Shown here piece by piece: positions 39,701-46,970 of a DNA stretch of 64,000 nt. This DNA comes from an uncultured Planctomycetales bacterium (GTDB lineage: Bacteria > Omnitrophota > Gorgyraeia > Zapsychrales > Fredricksoniimonadaceae): assembly GCA_964572155.1 (NCBI GenBank), contig CAZNDZ010000001.1:271300-335299 (forward strand), written 5' to 3'. The stretch's first letter is position 1. Each line of letters starts with the position of its first letter. A program made the translations under genes and the position numbers. Under the pieces are notes generated by a model. That model made no database searches and had not been told where the DNA came from. It saw nothing but the letters and a program-made list of their open reading frames with translations.

Positions 39701-42140
39701 AATTGCAGGAGAGTCAAGTTTACGCATTGATTCTAGGGGAGACGAGAGCGCTGTTATTGTCCCTGAAGATAGACAGCCGTTAGGGCATGGAGAATTTCTA
39801 ATGCAGCTTATTGAGTCTGGGGAAATCATAAGACTTATTGATCAAGGGATTAGATTTGTCTCTATTAGAAATGTAGATAACTATGCAGCAAAGTATGACA
39901 GTATGTGGCTTCGGACGATAGGGTATGCCGTTAAGAACAATCTCGACTTTTTGATAGAGAATTCATTGCGTGTTCCAGGACAAAAAGGTGGGGTCGGTGT
40001 CGGTACACCTAACGGACATGTTATCGGAGAAGATCCAATTCTGAATGCGGATATTGATAAAACAACAGATCGGCCCAAAGTTCCATCTACTTCAGGAAAA
40101 TGGATGAATAATGCCGTTGGTATTGCAAGCATACCTTACATTTTGCAATTTTTTAAGCAAGAGGGACAAAGTGATGCTGAATTAATTGATGAGTTAAGAA
40201 ATGCAAACGCAGAACAGCGTGCTGCGATTGCCGATCGAGGCAGAAAACTACTTCCAAAAATTTACGACGTTAAACCTGGAAAGTCTTCCGACGAGAAGTA
40301 TAAGGGCGGCTTAACAAGTAAGGGTGAAACAAATCTTTGGACATCTACAATTGTTTCGGGAAAAGACAAGAAGATTGCAGTTGTTGGTGTCAGAGGCATT
40401 GGGCATTTTGATTTAAATGCTTTTAAAGCAGCAACAGCTGAACAAAAAATTGAGATGTTAAGAAGAGTTCGTTTTATGGCAACGAAACAGTGGGATGTTC
40501 CAGAATCATCAAGGGTTAAATTAAAGAAAGAATTAGAAACATTGTTGGGCAGAGAAATGACAGAAGAAGAAGCGGGCTTAAGATTGGAAAGTTACGAAGG
40601 AAATAAGCCTCTCGCAGACCCAATGATAAAATATATTATGGAAGCCCCCTTAGTTGACGAAAATATTTTCCAAGGCATGAAAGATGATCCTGCAATGTCA
40701 GGCCAAGTTGGGCGAGGTGAGGATCAATTGCAGCAGAAGTTATTCACTACAGAACAAATGGGTGCTGGTGAAGCGGCTTTAGTAGCAACCTTGAATCAAA
40801 AGCCATTGACAATTGAGGAGCAGAGATCCTATTTGGAAAAGGCAAGAAATGCGTTCTTTAGTGAAGTTCAAGCAGTGCCTGAAATTATGAGTGGTATGCA
40901 AGATGCGTTTAAGCGATTTCATATTACTAGCATCACATTTGAAAGTGCTAGACAAGATCAACTCCCAAGAAATTTAGAGGCGTTGAAGAATCAACTAAAT
41001 GTTATTAAGAACACAGCTGTGCAATTGATGCAGAAGGCAGCGCAAGATAAGATCAATACGCTTCTTCCTATTTTGGTACAAACGGATAAGTTTGGAAGAA
41101 AGAAAATTGAGAATCTTCAAGTGTTACAAATAGAACTTAACGCATTAAAGAATTCTAACGTCAGTGCAGATCAACAATTTGATGCGTTAAAAATCATTTT
41201 TAATAAACTCAAAGCATTAGATCAGGCGATGACCGTTGCAGAGCTTAATCGTATTAATGTTTTGTATCCCAGCGACGAGAGCGTTAGGATGCTTGATAAG
41301 ATTAAAGAATCAGATATTGTGTCTTTGGGATTAGTAAATTCAGATGAGGATATAGAAGCCCCAGAAAAAGCGCGTGGATTTTTAAATGGCGAGTTTTCAG
41401 AGCAAGATCTTCAAAATATAACAACTGTTCAAAGAGGAACAGAAATATTCCAGTTTCTTGAAAAAGTAGGATTCTTAGTGCGTGTAAATGGCCATGCGAT
41501 TTCAAGCCATAGGAGTCAACTTGAATTAAGAAGTTTCATAGAAATGAACTTTCCAGAGAACTTAAATGTTGTTGATTTCTTCAATCAATTAAGAAGGCCT
41601 TCGGTAAGATACTATCCTAGAATGCCGGAATTATTGGTTGTTAAGAATGCGACTTTTGATGTTATCGCTGGAACTCGGGTTATTCCTGATACAGCATCAA
41701 AGGGCCAGAAAGATTATCCTTTGGGGTATACAAGTGCAGTAAAGGCAATTTACTTTTCCGAAAGATTCCTTGAGCGCATGAAGGATCAGGGCGTAAAGTT
41801 AGACGACCTGCTTGTTTTTGTGAATGCTGGAGAAACTCCCAAAGAGCGAGCGGAAATGTATGCCAAGTATCAAGCTTACAAGAGAATGTTGGCAAATAGA
41901 GACGATCAAGCCCAGTTAGCAAATCCAGGCGGTATTGATCTTAATACGAAGGGTATGAGATCCTCTGTTACGGGGGATAAGATTGATATTCAATTTGATC
42001 CGGCGATGGTTGAGCAGTTTAAACGTGGGGATTTTACGGGTGTTCGACCGGTGATCTTAAATGTGACGCCGCTCACAAGCGTGTTGCCATTATTAGGACT
42101 CGCGCCCCGTCGTGAAGACGATGTTGCATTGGGCGTTTAA
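36792..42140 (+). CDS. Giant secreted protein B (about 1782 aa). It has a signal peptide, the shared N-domain, a UDP-glucose-pyrophosphorylase-like nucleotidyltransferase domain, a helical region and the shared C-terminal module.
   Basis: The start is chosen at ATG 36792, 6 nt after AAGGAG. The track ORF starting at 36759 has no Shine-Dalgarno. Signal peptide is MNGCRKYISLTVLVAFFCSTLTPIKNANA. The nucleotidyltransferase motifs are …QPLGHGEFLMQLIESGEIIRLIDQGIRFVSIRNVDNY… and …QKGGVGVGTPNG…. Confidence 0.8.
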   Translation: MNGCRKYISLTVLVAFFCSTLTPIKNANAAPLVAGLPTPGAMVNLSATYTPLLIKGLRVHPENPLVFDFIVDTGNSPIKSDSKELRAQSEKLIKYFLATLTIPEKDLWVNLSPYEKDRIIEEPLGQTELGRDMLAQDYLLKQLTASLVYPEKELGKKFWDKVYAQARERFGVTNIPVNTFNKVWILPDQADIFVRNNTAFVVNGHLKVMLEEDYLASKKNSVASSSENSQIIREIILPEIEKEVNQGQNFAPLRQIFNSMILATWYKKSLKEALLNQVYANKAKINGVDADDKAIKAKIYEQYLQAYKKGVFNYIKETNTSNGQVTPKKYFSGGEVFTNIPVSEISNPSPAMIAPAGSLFSVNAAMSSSATVYRAARLNGLEKAQKAKEDEINTTVNRYFEALQYAEPLQQRQVAEYQGLARFILEDLDEHVDSATRKKLIASVMTNIVGWAKQDLDGKLDPNAKAVFSLTAFPIIHWGHIELILRTLNQKHLSGLSLDLSAQSANNPLIGASYEDRMYLLKIMLQRFNGSFSRDKLTAINEDQRPEETGERRLLESIKTANKGQTLYYPVGKGYESTIEQFAAWARNSENAKILEERDLKLVVLVNRLSEAQKVSAKQIANRVSVEVLDGVDLGINNTAIRAGLASTPNKPAINGIWFIPKSLVLHLARISPSTLGNIMGIPDILKDIDQKGMSSSIAVLKDFIDNVYSAQGNYLITEEIVELFMPNLADDKKQVLADKMQSLLDKAMTQINPREVAAGIRFWEGLDKTTVIKGDYWALQEKDVSDLDSISASEGKELESIGANTLRNGQIAVMGLWAGASSRMNTHEAPAEIKKIVKGKELGSKAVVPIGQYNGDVITYADIAAFNLKRLFDQIDAAAKKAGIVSNVTNNVVGFMTNDAYQSEHDAMFIAHQNYGMKNPIHSFRQRLGPIFQARPIDVEKYFGEENKQTFKNEEERSAWRQKKERALKIAGESSLRIDSRGDESAVIVPEDRQPLGHGEFLMQLIESGEIIRLIDQGIRFVSIRNVDNYAAKYDSMWLRTIGYAVKNNLDFLIENSLRVPGQKGGVGVGTPNGHVIGEDPILNADIDKTTDRPKVPSTSGKWMNNAVGIASIPYILQFFKQEGQSDAELIDELRNANAEQRAAIADRGRKLLPKIYDVKPGKSSDEKYKGGLTSKGETNLWTSTIVSGKDKKIAVVGVRGIGHFDLNAFKAATAEQKIEMLRRVRFMATKQWDVPESSRVKLKKELETLLGREMTEEEAGLRLESYEGNKPLADPMIKYIMEAPLVDENIFQGMKDDPAMSGQVGRGEDQLQQKLFTTEQMGAGEAALVATLNQKPLTIEEQRSYLEKARNAFFSEVQAVPEIMSGMQDAFKRFHITSITFESARQDQLPRNLEALKNQLNVIKNTAVQLMQKAAQDKINTLLPILVQTDKFGRKKIENLQVLQIELNALKNSNVSADQQFDALKIIFNKLKALDQAMTVAELNRINVLYPSDESVRMLDKIKESDIVSLGLVNSDEDIEAPEKARGFLNGEFSEQDLQNITTVQRGTEIFQFLEKVGFLVRVNGHAISSHRSQLELRSFIEMNFPENLNVVDFFNQLRRPSVRYYPRMPELLVVKNATFDVIAGTRVIPDTASKGQKDYPLGYTSAVKAIYFSERFLERMKDQGVKLDDLLVFVNAGETPKERAEMYAKYQAYKRMLANRDDQAQLANPGGIDLNTKGMRSSVTGDKIDIQFDPAMVEQFKRGDFTGVRPVILNVTPLTSVLPLLGLAPRREDDVALGV

Positions 42141-42181
42141 TTGTATTGAAATGTGCAAGAACACTGGTATATTAAGTCCTT

Positions 42182-43417
42182 ATGAGCGAACAGGCGAAGA
42201 ATAAGAAATTAAATGTTTCATCTGCAGAAGAGTTGAAGATCCTGCGCACCATTGTGGACATTGCGTCCTCCGAGCTCGATCTTGTATTAACCCTTCAGTT
42301 GATTGTTAAAATTGTTACTGAAATTACCGCCGCTGATTCGGTTTTCATTTATCTCTTTGATGATAAGAAAGAAAACTTGGTGCTCATGGCATCCAAGACT
42401 AGCCATAAAAAAGAATTAGGGCAGTTGGAATTAAAGGTGGGCGAAGGTATTACCGGGTGGGTAGCTAAAGAGAACATGCCCGTTGCCATCAAGAGCCATG
42501 CCTATAAAGATCCTCGCTTTAAAGGGTTTGATGTGTTGCCAGAAGATCGCTACGAAGCCTTCCTTTCGGTGCCTATAGTATATAAGGGAAAAGCCATCGG
42601 GGTTGTTAACGTTCAACATAAACGCGAACAAGATTATTCCCAAACAACGGTTAACCTGCTTGAGATGATTGCCAAGCAAGTTGGCGGCGTCATTGATCAT
42701 GCGCGTCTTTTTGAAGAAACCAAGCAAAAAGCGCTGCAGTTTGATTCTTTGGTCAAGGTTAGCCAAAGCATCACCTCCGAACACTATTTAGACGAAATTT
42801 TAAATCTGATTGTGGTTGTGACCGCCGAGATGCTTAACTCTAAGATTTGCTCGATCATGTTGTTAGATGAAAAGGGCACAGAGTTATCGATTAAAGCAAC
42901 ACAATCATTAAGTGTGGACTATAAAAAGAAGCCAAATATTAGCGTAGAAAATTCTCTAACTGGTTCTGTTATAAAGACTAAAGAACCAGCTGTGGTTTAT
43001 GATGTGCAAAAAGAAGACAGGTATGCATATCGAGATCTAGCCTCCAAAGAAGGGTTAACCTCGATGGTGGCCGTTCCCATGATCCTCAAAGATAAAGCCA
43101 TTGGCGTTATCAATGTTTATACCAAGAAACACCATCGCTTCTCAAAAGAAGAGATCAATGTGTTGCAAATGGTTGCCAACCAAGCAGCGGTGGCGGTTGA
43201 AAATACCAAATTGATGGAAGAAGCCCTTAAAGCCAAGGAAGCCTTGGAAACACGCAAGTTAATCGAGCGCGCCAAGGGCATTATCATGAAAATGAACGGC
43301 CTCTCAGAAGACGCGGCCTATAAATTGATTCATAAAAAGAGCATGGATACCTGCCGATCAATGAAAGAAATCGCTGAGTCGATTATCTTAATGTCGGATT
43401 TGCAAAAGGGCATCTAG
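42182..43417 (+). CDS. GAF-GAF-ANTAR RNA-binding antitermination regulator
   Basis: Two GAF domains (…GEGITGWVAKENMPV…; …LTGSVIKTKEPAVVYDV…) and a C-terminal ANTAR helix bundle (…ALETRKLIERAKGIIMKMNGLSEDAAYKLIHKKSMD…). Confidence 0.8.
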   Translation: MSEQAKNKKLNVSSAEELKILRTIVDIASSELDLVLTLQLIVKIVTEITAADSVFIYLFDDKKENLVLMASKTSHKKELGQLELKVGEGITGWVAKENMPVAIKSHAYKDPRFKGFDVLPEDRYEAFLSVPIVYKGKAIGVVNVQHKREQDYSQTTVNLLEMIAKQVGGVIDHARLFEETKQKALQFDSLVKVSQSITSEHYLDEILNLIVVVTAEMLNSKICSIMLLDEKGTELSIKATQSLSVDYKKKPNISVENSLTGSVIKTKEPAVVYDVQKEDRYAYRDLASKEGLTSMVAVPMILKDKAIGVINVYTKKHHRFSKEEINVLQMVANQAAVAVENTKLMEEALKAKEALETRKLIERAKGIIMKMNGLSEDAAYKLIHKKSMDTCRSMKEIAESIILMSDLQKGI

Positions 43418-43437
43418 GGCTACCTTAAAAAATTTTA

Positions 43438-43465
43438 TTGACAAAATCGTTTTGTAGTATATACT
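43438..43465 (+). promoter_or_regulatory. Sigma70-type promoter for the amtB-1 leader: TTGACA, 16-bp spacer, TATACT.
   Basis: TTGACA is at 43438-43443 and TATACT at 43460-43465. Confidence 0.45.
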
Positions 43466-43598
43466 TACAACCGTAGTAAAAAATGAACGTTCGAAGCAAC
43501 GATGTTTCGGGCGATATTAAGGGCAACGTTTACGTCCTCTGACTGGCAAGATATATAAAGCCGCGGGGGATTTTTTGTTTTATACATATAGAAAACAT

Positions 43599-43662
43599 CA
43601 GTGACTGATGTGAAGGGCACAGAGGCTCAATCGTATTATTGAATACAGGTTGGGCTTTTTTT
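43599..43662 (+). promoter_or_regulatory. Leader RNA element: the CAGTGACT motif, a hexaloop hairpin GGGC-ACAGAG-GCTC, and an overlapping intrinsic terminator. This is a putative ANTAR target.
   Basis: The hexaloop hairpin is at 43615-43628. Its 3' arm GCTC is the start of the terminator 5' arm GCUCAAUC (43625-43632). That arm pairs with GGUUGGGC (43648-43655, 6 Watson-Crick pairs and 2 G-U). An inner GTATT/AATAC extension is present. The stem is followed by TTTTTTT at 43656-43662. Confidence 0.5.
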
Positions 43663-43686
43663 ATTGTCAAAATCAAGGAGGTACTT

Positions 43687-43809
43687 ATGGTATCTAAACA
43701 AGCAACTTTGGAACGATTCTTACATGCAATGGGTTTTTGTGTGGCTTTCGCGGTGATCGCGGTGGCGGCTGGCATGTTTTGGGCAGTTGAACATCATATT
43801 TTAGTGTAA
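43687..43809 (+). CDS. Small hydrophobic ORF (40 aa, one TM helix) immediately upstream of amtB-1
   Basis: ATG sits 5 nt after AAGGAGG (43675-43681). The product is MVSKQATLERFLHAMGFCVAFAVIAVAAGMFWAVEHHILV. It is below the 60-aa ORF-track cutoff. Confidence 0.4.
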   Translation: MVSKQATLERFLHAMGFCVAFAVIAVAAGMFWAVEHHILV

Positions 43810-43859
43810 ACAGATAACAAACGTATAAACAATAATAACAAAAACAAAGGAGTCAAGAA

Positions 43860-45095
43860 ATGGACGCAAATCCAATTAATGCCGGAGACACATCATGGGT
43901 TCTGGTCTCAACAGCGCTCGTTATGTTGATGACCCCGGGCTTAGCCTTCTTCTACGGCGGCATGGTCAGACGTAAGAACATTTTAGGTGTTTTAATGCAA
44001 TGTATGATCTGTTTGGCGCTGGTTAGCGTCTTGTGGGTTGTATATGGTTACAGCTTAGCGTTTGGTAAAGGTAATGCGTTTATCGGCGGTTTGGATTGGG
44101 CTATGCTTAAGGATGTTGGTCAAACAGCCAACGCTGATTATGCAGCAACAATTCCTCACCAAGTGTTTATGATCTTCCAAGGCATGTTCGCGGTGATCAC
44201 GCCTGCGCTTATCATTGGTTCTTTCGCAGAGCGCATGAAGTTTTCCGCATTCGTTGTTTTCACCGTTTTATGGTTAACGCTTGTATATTCTCCTATCTGT
44301 CACATGGTTTGGGCTGTTGGTGGTTTAGTCCGCGGTTGGGGTGCACTTGACTTCGCCGGTGGTACTGTTGTTCACATCAACGCAGGTATCGCAGGTTTAA
44401 TCTCTGCCATCTACTTAGGTAAACGTATCGGTACTGAAAAACCTGGTATGCACAATGTGCCTTTCGTTGTTTTGGGTGCAGCATTGCTCTGGTTTGGTTG
44501 GTTTGGTTTCAACGCTGGTTCTGCATTAGCAGCTAACGGTTTAGCTGGTTCTGCATTTGTCGTTACAAACACAGCCGCAGCTGCAGCAGCATTAGCATGG
44601 GCTGTTATGGAATGGATCTTTGCAGGTAAACCAACCATGATCGGTACAGTTTCTGGTGCCGTCGCTGGTTTAGTTGCGATCACTCCTGCAGCAGGTTTCG
44701 TTGATGTGGGCGGAGCGCTTATCATCGGTTTAGTTGTTTCTGTCATCTGCTACATGATGGTTGCTTTTGTGAAGACAAAGTTAGGGTACGATGATACATT
44801 AGATGCATTCGGTGTTCACTGTATCGGCGGTATTTGGGGCGCTTTAGCCACTGGTTTATTTGCTCAAAAGGCTATAAACTCTGCCGGTGCTGATGGTTTG
44901 TTCTATGGTAATCCTGCTCAATTCATCATTCAGATCAAAGCGGTATTGTTTACGGTTGCGTACACAGCCGTTGTCACATGGGTGATCTGTTTCGTGGTTG
45001 ACAAAGTCATGGGCTTGCGTGCTAATGCTGAAGACGAAGTCATGGGCTTGGATTTGAGCCAACATCATGAACGTGCATACACAATTTTAGACTAA
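43860..45095 (+). CDS. amtB: Ammonium transporter (Amt family), copy 1
   Basis: 411 aa with an 11-TM Amt fold and the conserved twin-His region. Confidence 0.9.
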   Translation: MDANPINAGDTSWVLVSTALVMLMTPGLAFFYGGMVRRKNILGVLMQCMICLALVSVLWVVYGYSLAFGKGNAFIGGLDWAMLKDVGQTANADYAATIPHQVFMIFQGMFAVITPALIIGSFAERMKFSAFVVFTVLWLTLVYSPICHMVWAVGGLVRGWGALDFAGGTVVHINAGIAGLISAIYLGKRIGTEKPGMHNVPFVVLGAALLWFGWFGFNAGSALAANGLAGSAFVVTNTAAAAAALAWAVMEWIFAGKPTMIGTVSGAVAGLVAITPAAGFVDVGGALIIGLVVSVICYMMVAFVKTKLGYDDTLDAFGVHCIGGIWGALATGLFAQKAINSAGADGLFYGNPAQFIIQIKAVLFTVAYTAVVTWVICFVVDKVMGLRANAEDEVMGLDLSQHHERAYTILD

Positions 45096-45123
45096 TCTAA
45101 CTTTTTTCACGAAAGGAAAGGCA

Positions 45124-45465
45124 ATGAAATTAATTATCGCAATCATCCAGCCTCATCGCCTCGACGATGTAAAGCGCGAGTTATATGCGGCGGATGTTAA
45201 TTTGATCACCGTATCAGAAGTGTTAGGCCACGGCCGTCAAGTTGGTGTTGACGAATTTTACCGCGGTGTTAAAGAAACAGGTAACTTGTTGCGTAAGATC
45301 CAAATTGAGATCGCGGTCAACGAAGATTTCGTTGAACCATCCATCAAGGCGATCATCAAGGGTGCACGCACAGGTAAAATCGGCGATGGTAAGATCTTCG
45401 TCTTAGATTTACCACGCACCATCCGTATTCGTACGGGCGAAGAAGGCACCAAGGCCATCGGCTAA
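45124..45465 (+). CDS. glnK: Nitrogen regulatory protein P-II (GlnK-like)
   Basis: 113 aa with the P-II fold and T-loop …GHGRQVGVDEFYRGVKE…. Position 51 is Glu rather than Tyr. Confidence 0.9.
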   Translation: MKLIIAIIQPHRLDDVKRELYAADVNLITVSEVLGHGRQVGVDEFYRGVKETGNLLRKIQIEIAVNEDFVEPSIKAIIKGARTGKIGDGKIFVLDLPRTIRIRTGEEGTKAIG

Positions 45466-45474
45466 GTTTGCCGC

Positions 45475-45503
45475 TTGACTGAAAATAAATAACACGATAT
45501 CAT
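45475..45503 (+). promoter_or_regulatory. Sigma70-type promoter for the amtB-2 leader: TTGACT, 17-bp spacer, TATCAT.
   Basis: TTGACT is at 45475-45480 and TATCAT at 45498-45503. Confidence 0.45.
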
Positions 45504-45546
45504 GGCTCGTCTTTATGGGCGATGATGTCTGTAGGGCATAAGCTTT

Positions 45547-45596
45547 GAGGCTTGAGGATTCTGTTAAACATAGAATTCTCAGGCCTCTTTGTTTTT
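45547..45596 (+). terminator. Intrinsic terminator/attenuator within the amtB-2 leader
   Basis: A 16-bp stem GAGGCTTGAGGATTCT/AGAATTCTCAGGCCTC with 2 mismatches or wobbles and a 9-nt loop. It is followed by TTTGTTTTT and lies 80 nt upstream of the amtB-2 ATG. Confidence 0.6.
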
Positions 45597-45675
45597 GTGG
45601 CATTGGTGCCAGCGGTTCCGATGAGGGAAAAGGCGATAATCAAAGGATATATGATGATGCAGGGGAGTTTATATA

Positions 45676-46914
45676 ATGGAAGGCATTTCACAAATCAGCG
45701 CCGGAGATACGGCGTGGGTGCTGGTGTGCGCCGCGTTGGTCTTATTGATGACGCCAGCATTGGGTTTCTTCTATGGAGGGATGGTCCGTCGTAAAAATGT
45801 TTTAGGTATTTTGATGCAATGCATGAGTTGTTTGGCCTTGATTAGTATTTTGTGGGGCATTTATGGCTACAGTTTGGCGTTTGCACCTGGAAATTTGATT
45901 TTTGGTGGGCTTGATTGGTTTATGCTCAAAGGTGTTGGTGTAACACCCAATAGCGACTATGCGCCAACCATACCGCATGCTGCGTTTATGATTTTTCAAT
46001 GCATGTTTGCGGTCATCACCCCCGCAGTCATTGTGGGGTCATACGCAGAACGTGTGAAGTTTTCTGCATTTTTATTGTTCACCGTTTTATGGCTAACCTT
46101 TGTTTATTGCCCTGTCGCGCATATGGCCTGGGGCATGGGCGGACTATTTCGCAACATGGGCATCCTTGATTTTGCCGGCGGCACCGTTGTTGAAATCAAC
46201 TGCGGGATTGCAGGTTTAGTCACCGCATTATTTTTAGGTAAGCGCATCGGCATTAGTCATCCAACATTGCACAATATACCTTTTGTCGTCTTAGGGGCAG
46301 GTTTATTATGGTTTGGGTGGCTTGGCTTTAACGCGGGCTCTGCTCTCTCGGCTAACGGCGTTGCGGTCAATGCCTTTGTCACGACCAATATGGCTGCAGC
46401 CGCAGCCGCCACCAGCTGGGCGATTGTGGAATGGTGTTTGACAGGTAAACCAACCATCTTTGGTGCCGTCACAGGTGCGGTGGCAGGTTTGGTTGCCATC
46501 ACCCCAGCTGCGGGCTTTGTTGATTTTACAGGGGCCTTAATCATTGGCTTTGTTGTGAGCGTCATCAGCTACTTTTTCGTTGGCGCTATCAAGCATAAAT
46601 TCCAATATGATGATTCGCTCGATGCGTTTGGTGTTCATGCAGTGGGTGGTGCATGGGGCATGTTGGCCACAGGCTTATTAGCCACAACAACCGTCAATGC
46701 CGCAGGTGCAAATGGTTTACTAAACGGTAACCCAAAGCAATTTAGCATACAACTCATGTGTGTGATCATGACCATGGTTTATTGTGCGGCGGTTACCTTG
46801 GTGATCTGTTTTGTCGTCGACAAAATGATTGGCATGCGGGTTAATCGTGAGGATGAGGTCATGGGTTTAGACTTAACCCAGCATCATGAAAGAGCTTACA
46901 CCATCTTAGATTAA
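45676..46914 (+). CDS. amtB: Ammonium transporter (Amt family), copy 2
   Basis: 412 aa, about 60% identical to copy 1. Confidence 0.9.
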   Translation: MEGISQISAGDTAWVLVCAALVLLMTPALGFFYGGMVRRKNVLGILMQCMSCLALISILWGIYGYSLAFAPGNLIFGGLDWFMLKGVGVTPNSDYAPTIPHAAFMIFQCMFAVITPAVIVGSYAERVKFSAFLLFTVLWLTFVYCPVAHMAWGMGGLFRNMGILDFAGGTVVEINCGIAGLVTALFLGKRIGISHPTLHNIPFVVLGAGLLWFGWLGFNAGSALSANGVAVNAFVTTNMAAAAAATSWAIVEWCLTGKPTIFGAVTGAVAGLVAITPAAGFVDFTGALIIGFVVSVISYFFVGAIKHKFQYDDSLDAFGVHAVGGAWGMLATGLLATTTVNAAGANGLLNGNPKQFSIQLMCVIMTMVYCAAVTLVICFVVDKMIGMRVNREDEVMGLDLTQHHERAYTILD

Positions 46915-46940
46915 TCGCCTGTTTTAGGTATTAAAAAAAC

Positions 46941-46969
46941 TTGACTTTATGGTCGATTTTCAGTAAAAT
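46941..46969 (+). promoter_or_regulatory. Sigma70-type promoter for the glnN leader: TTGACT, 17-bp spacer, TAAAAT.
   Basis: TTGACT is at 46941-46946 and TAAAAT at 46964-46969. Confidence 0.45.
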
Positions 46970-46970
46970 T

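Noticed and set aside
43613-43632. Reading the GGGCAC…GCTCA segment as a sigma54 (-24/-12, TGGCAC-N5-TTGC) promoter.
   Set aside because: The GC element at the -12 position is absent in both leaders, and in any case the spacing is wrong. Both loci already have good sigma70 -35/-10 hexamers upstream. An RNA-level role fits better.
45552-45794. 80-aa plus-strand ORF spanning the amtB-2 leader and start.
   Set aside because: It begins inside the leader terminator and runs out of frame into amtB-2. It has no Shine-Dalgarno and no conservation signal. The leader is better explained as promoter plus attenuator RNA.
44411-46565. Ala/Pro-rich antisense ORFs inside both amt genes (44411..44746 and 46257..46565, minus strand).
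   Set aside because: These are shadow ORFs produced by the GC-rich, Gly/Ala-codon-rich amt coding sequence. They have no start context and no homology.
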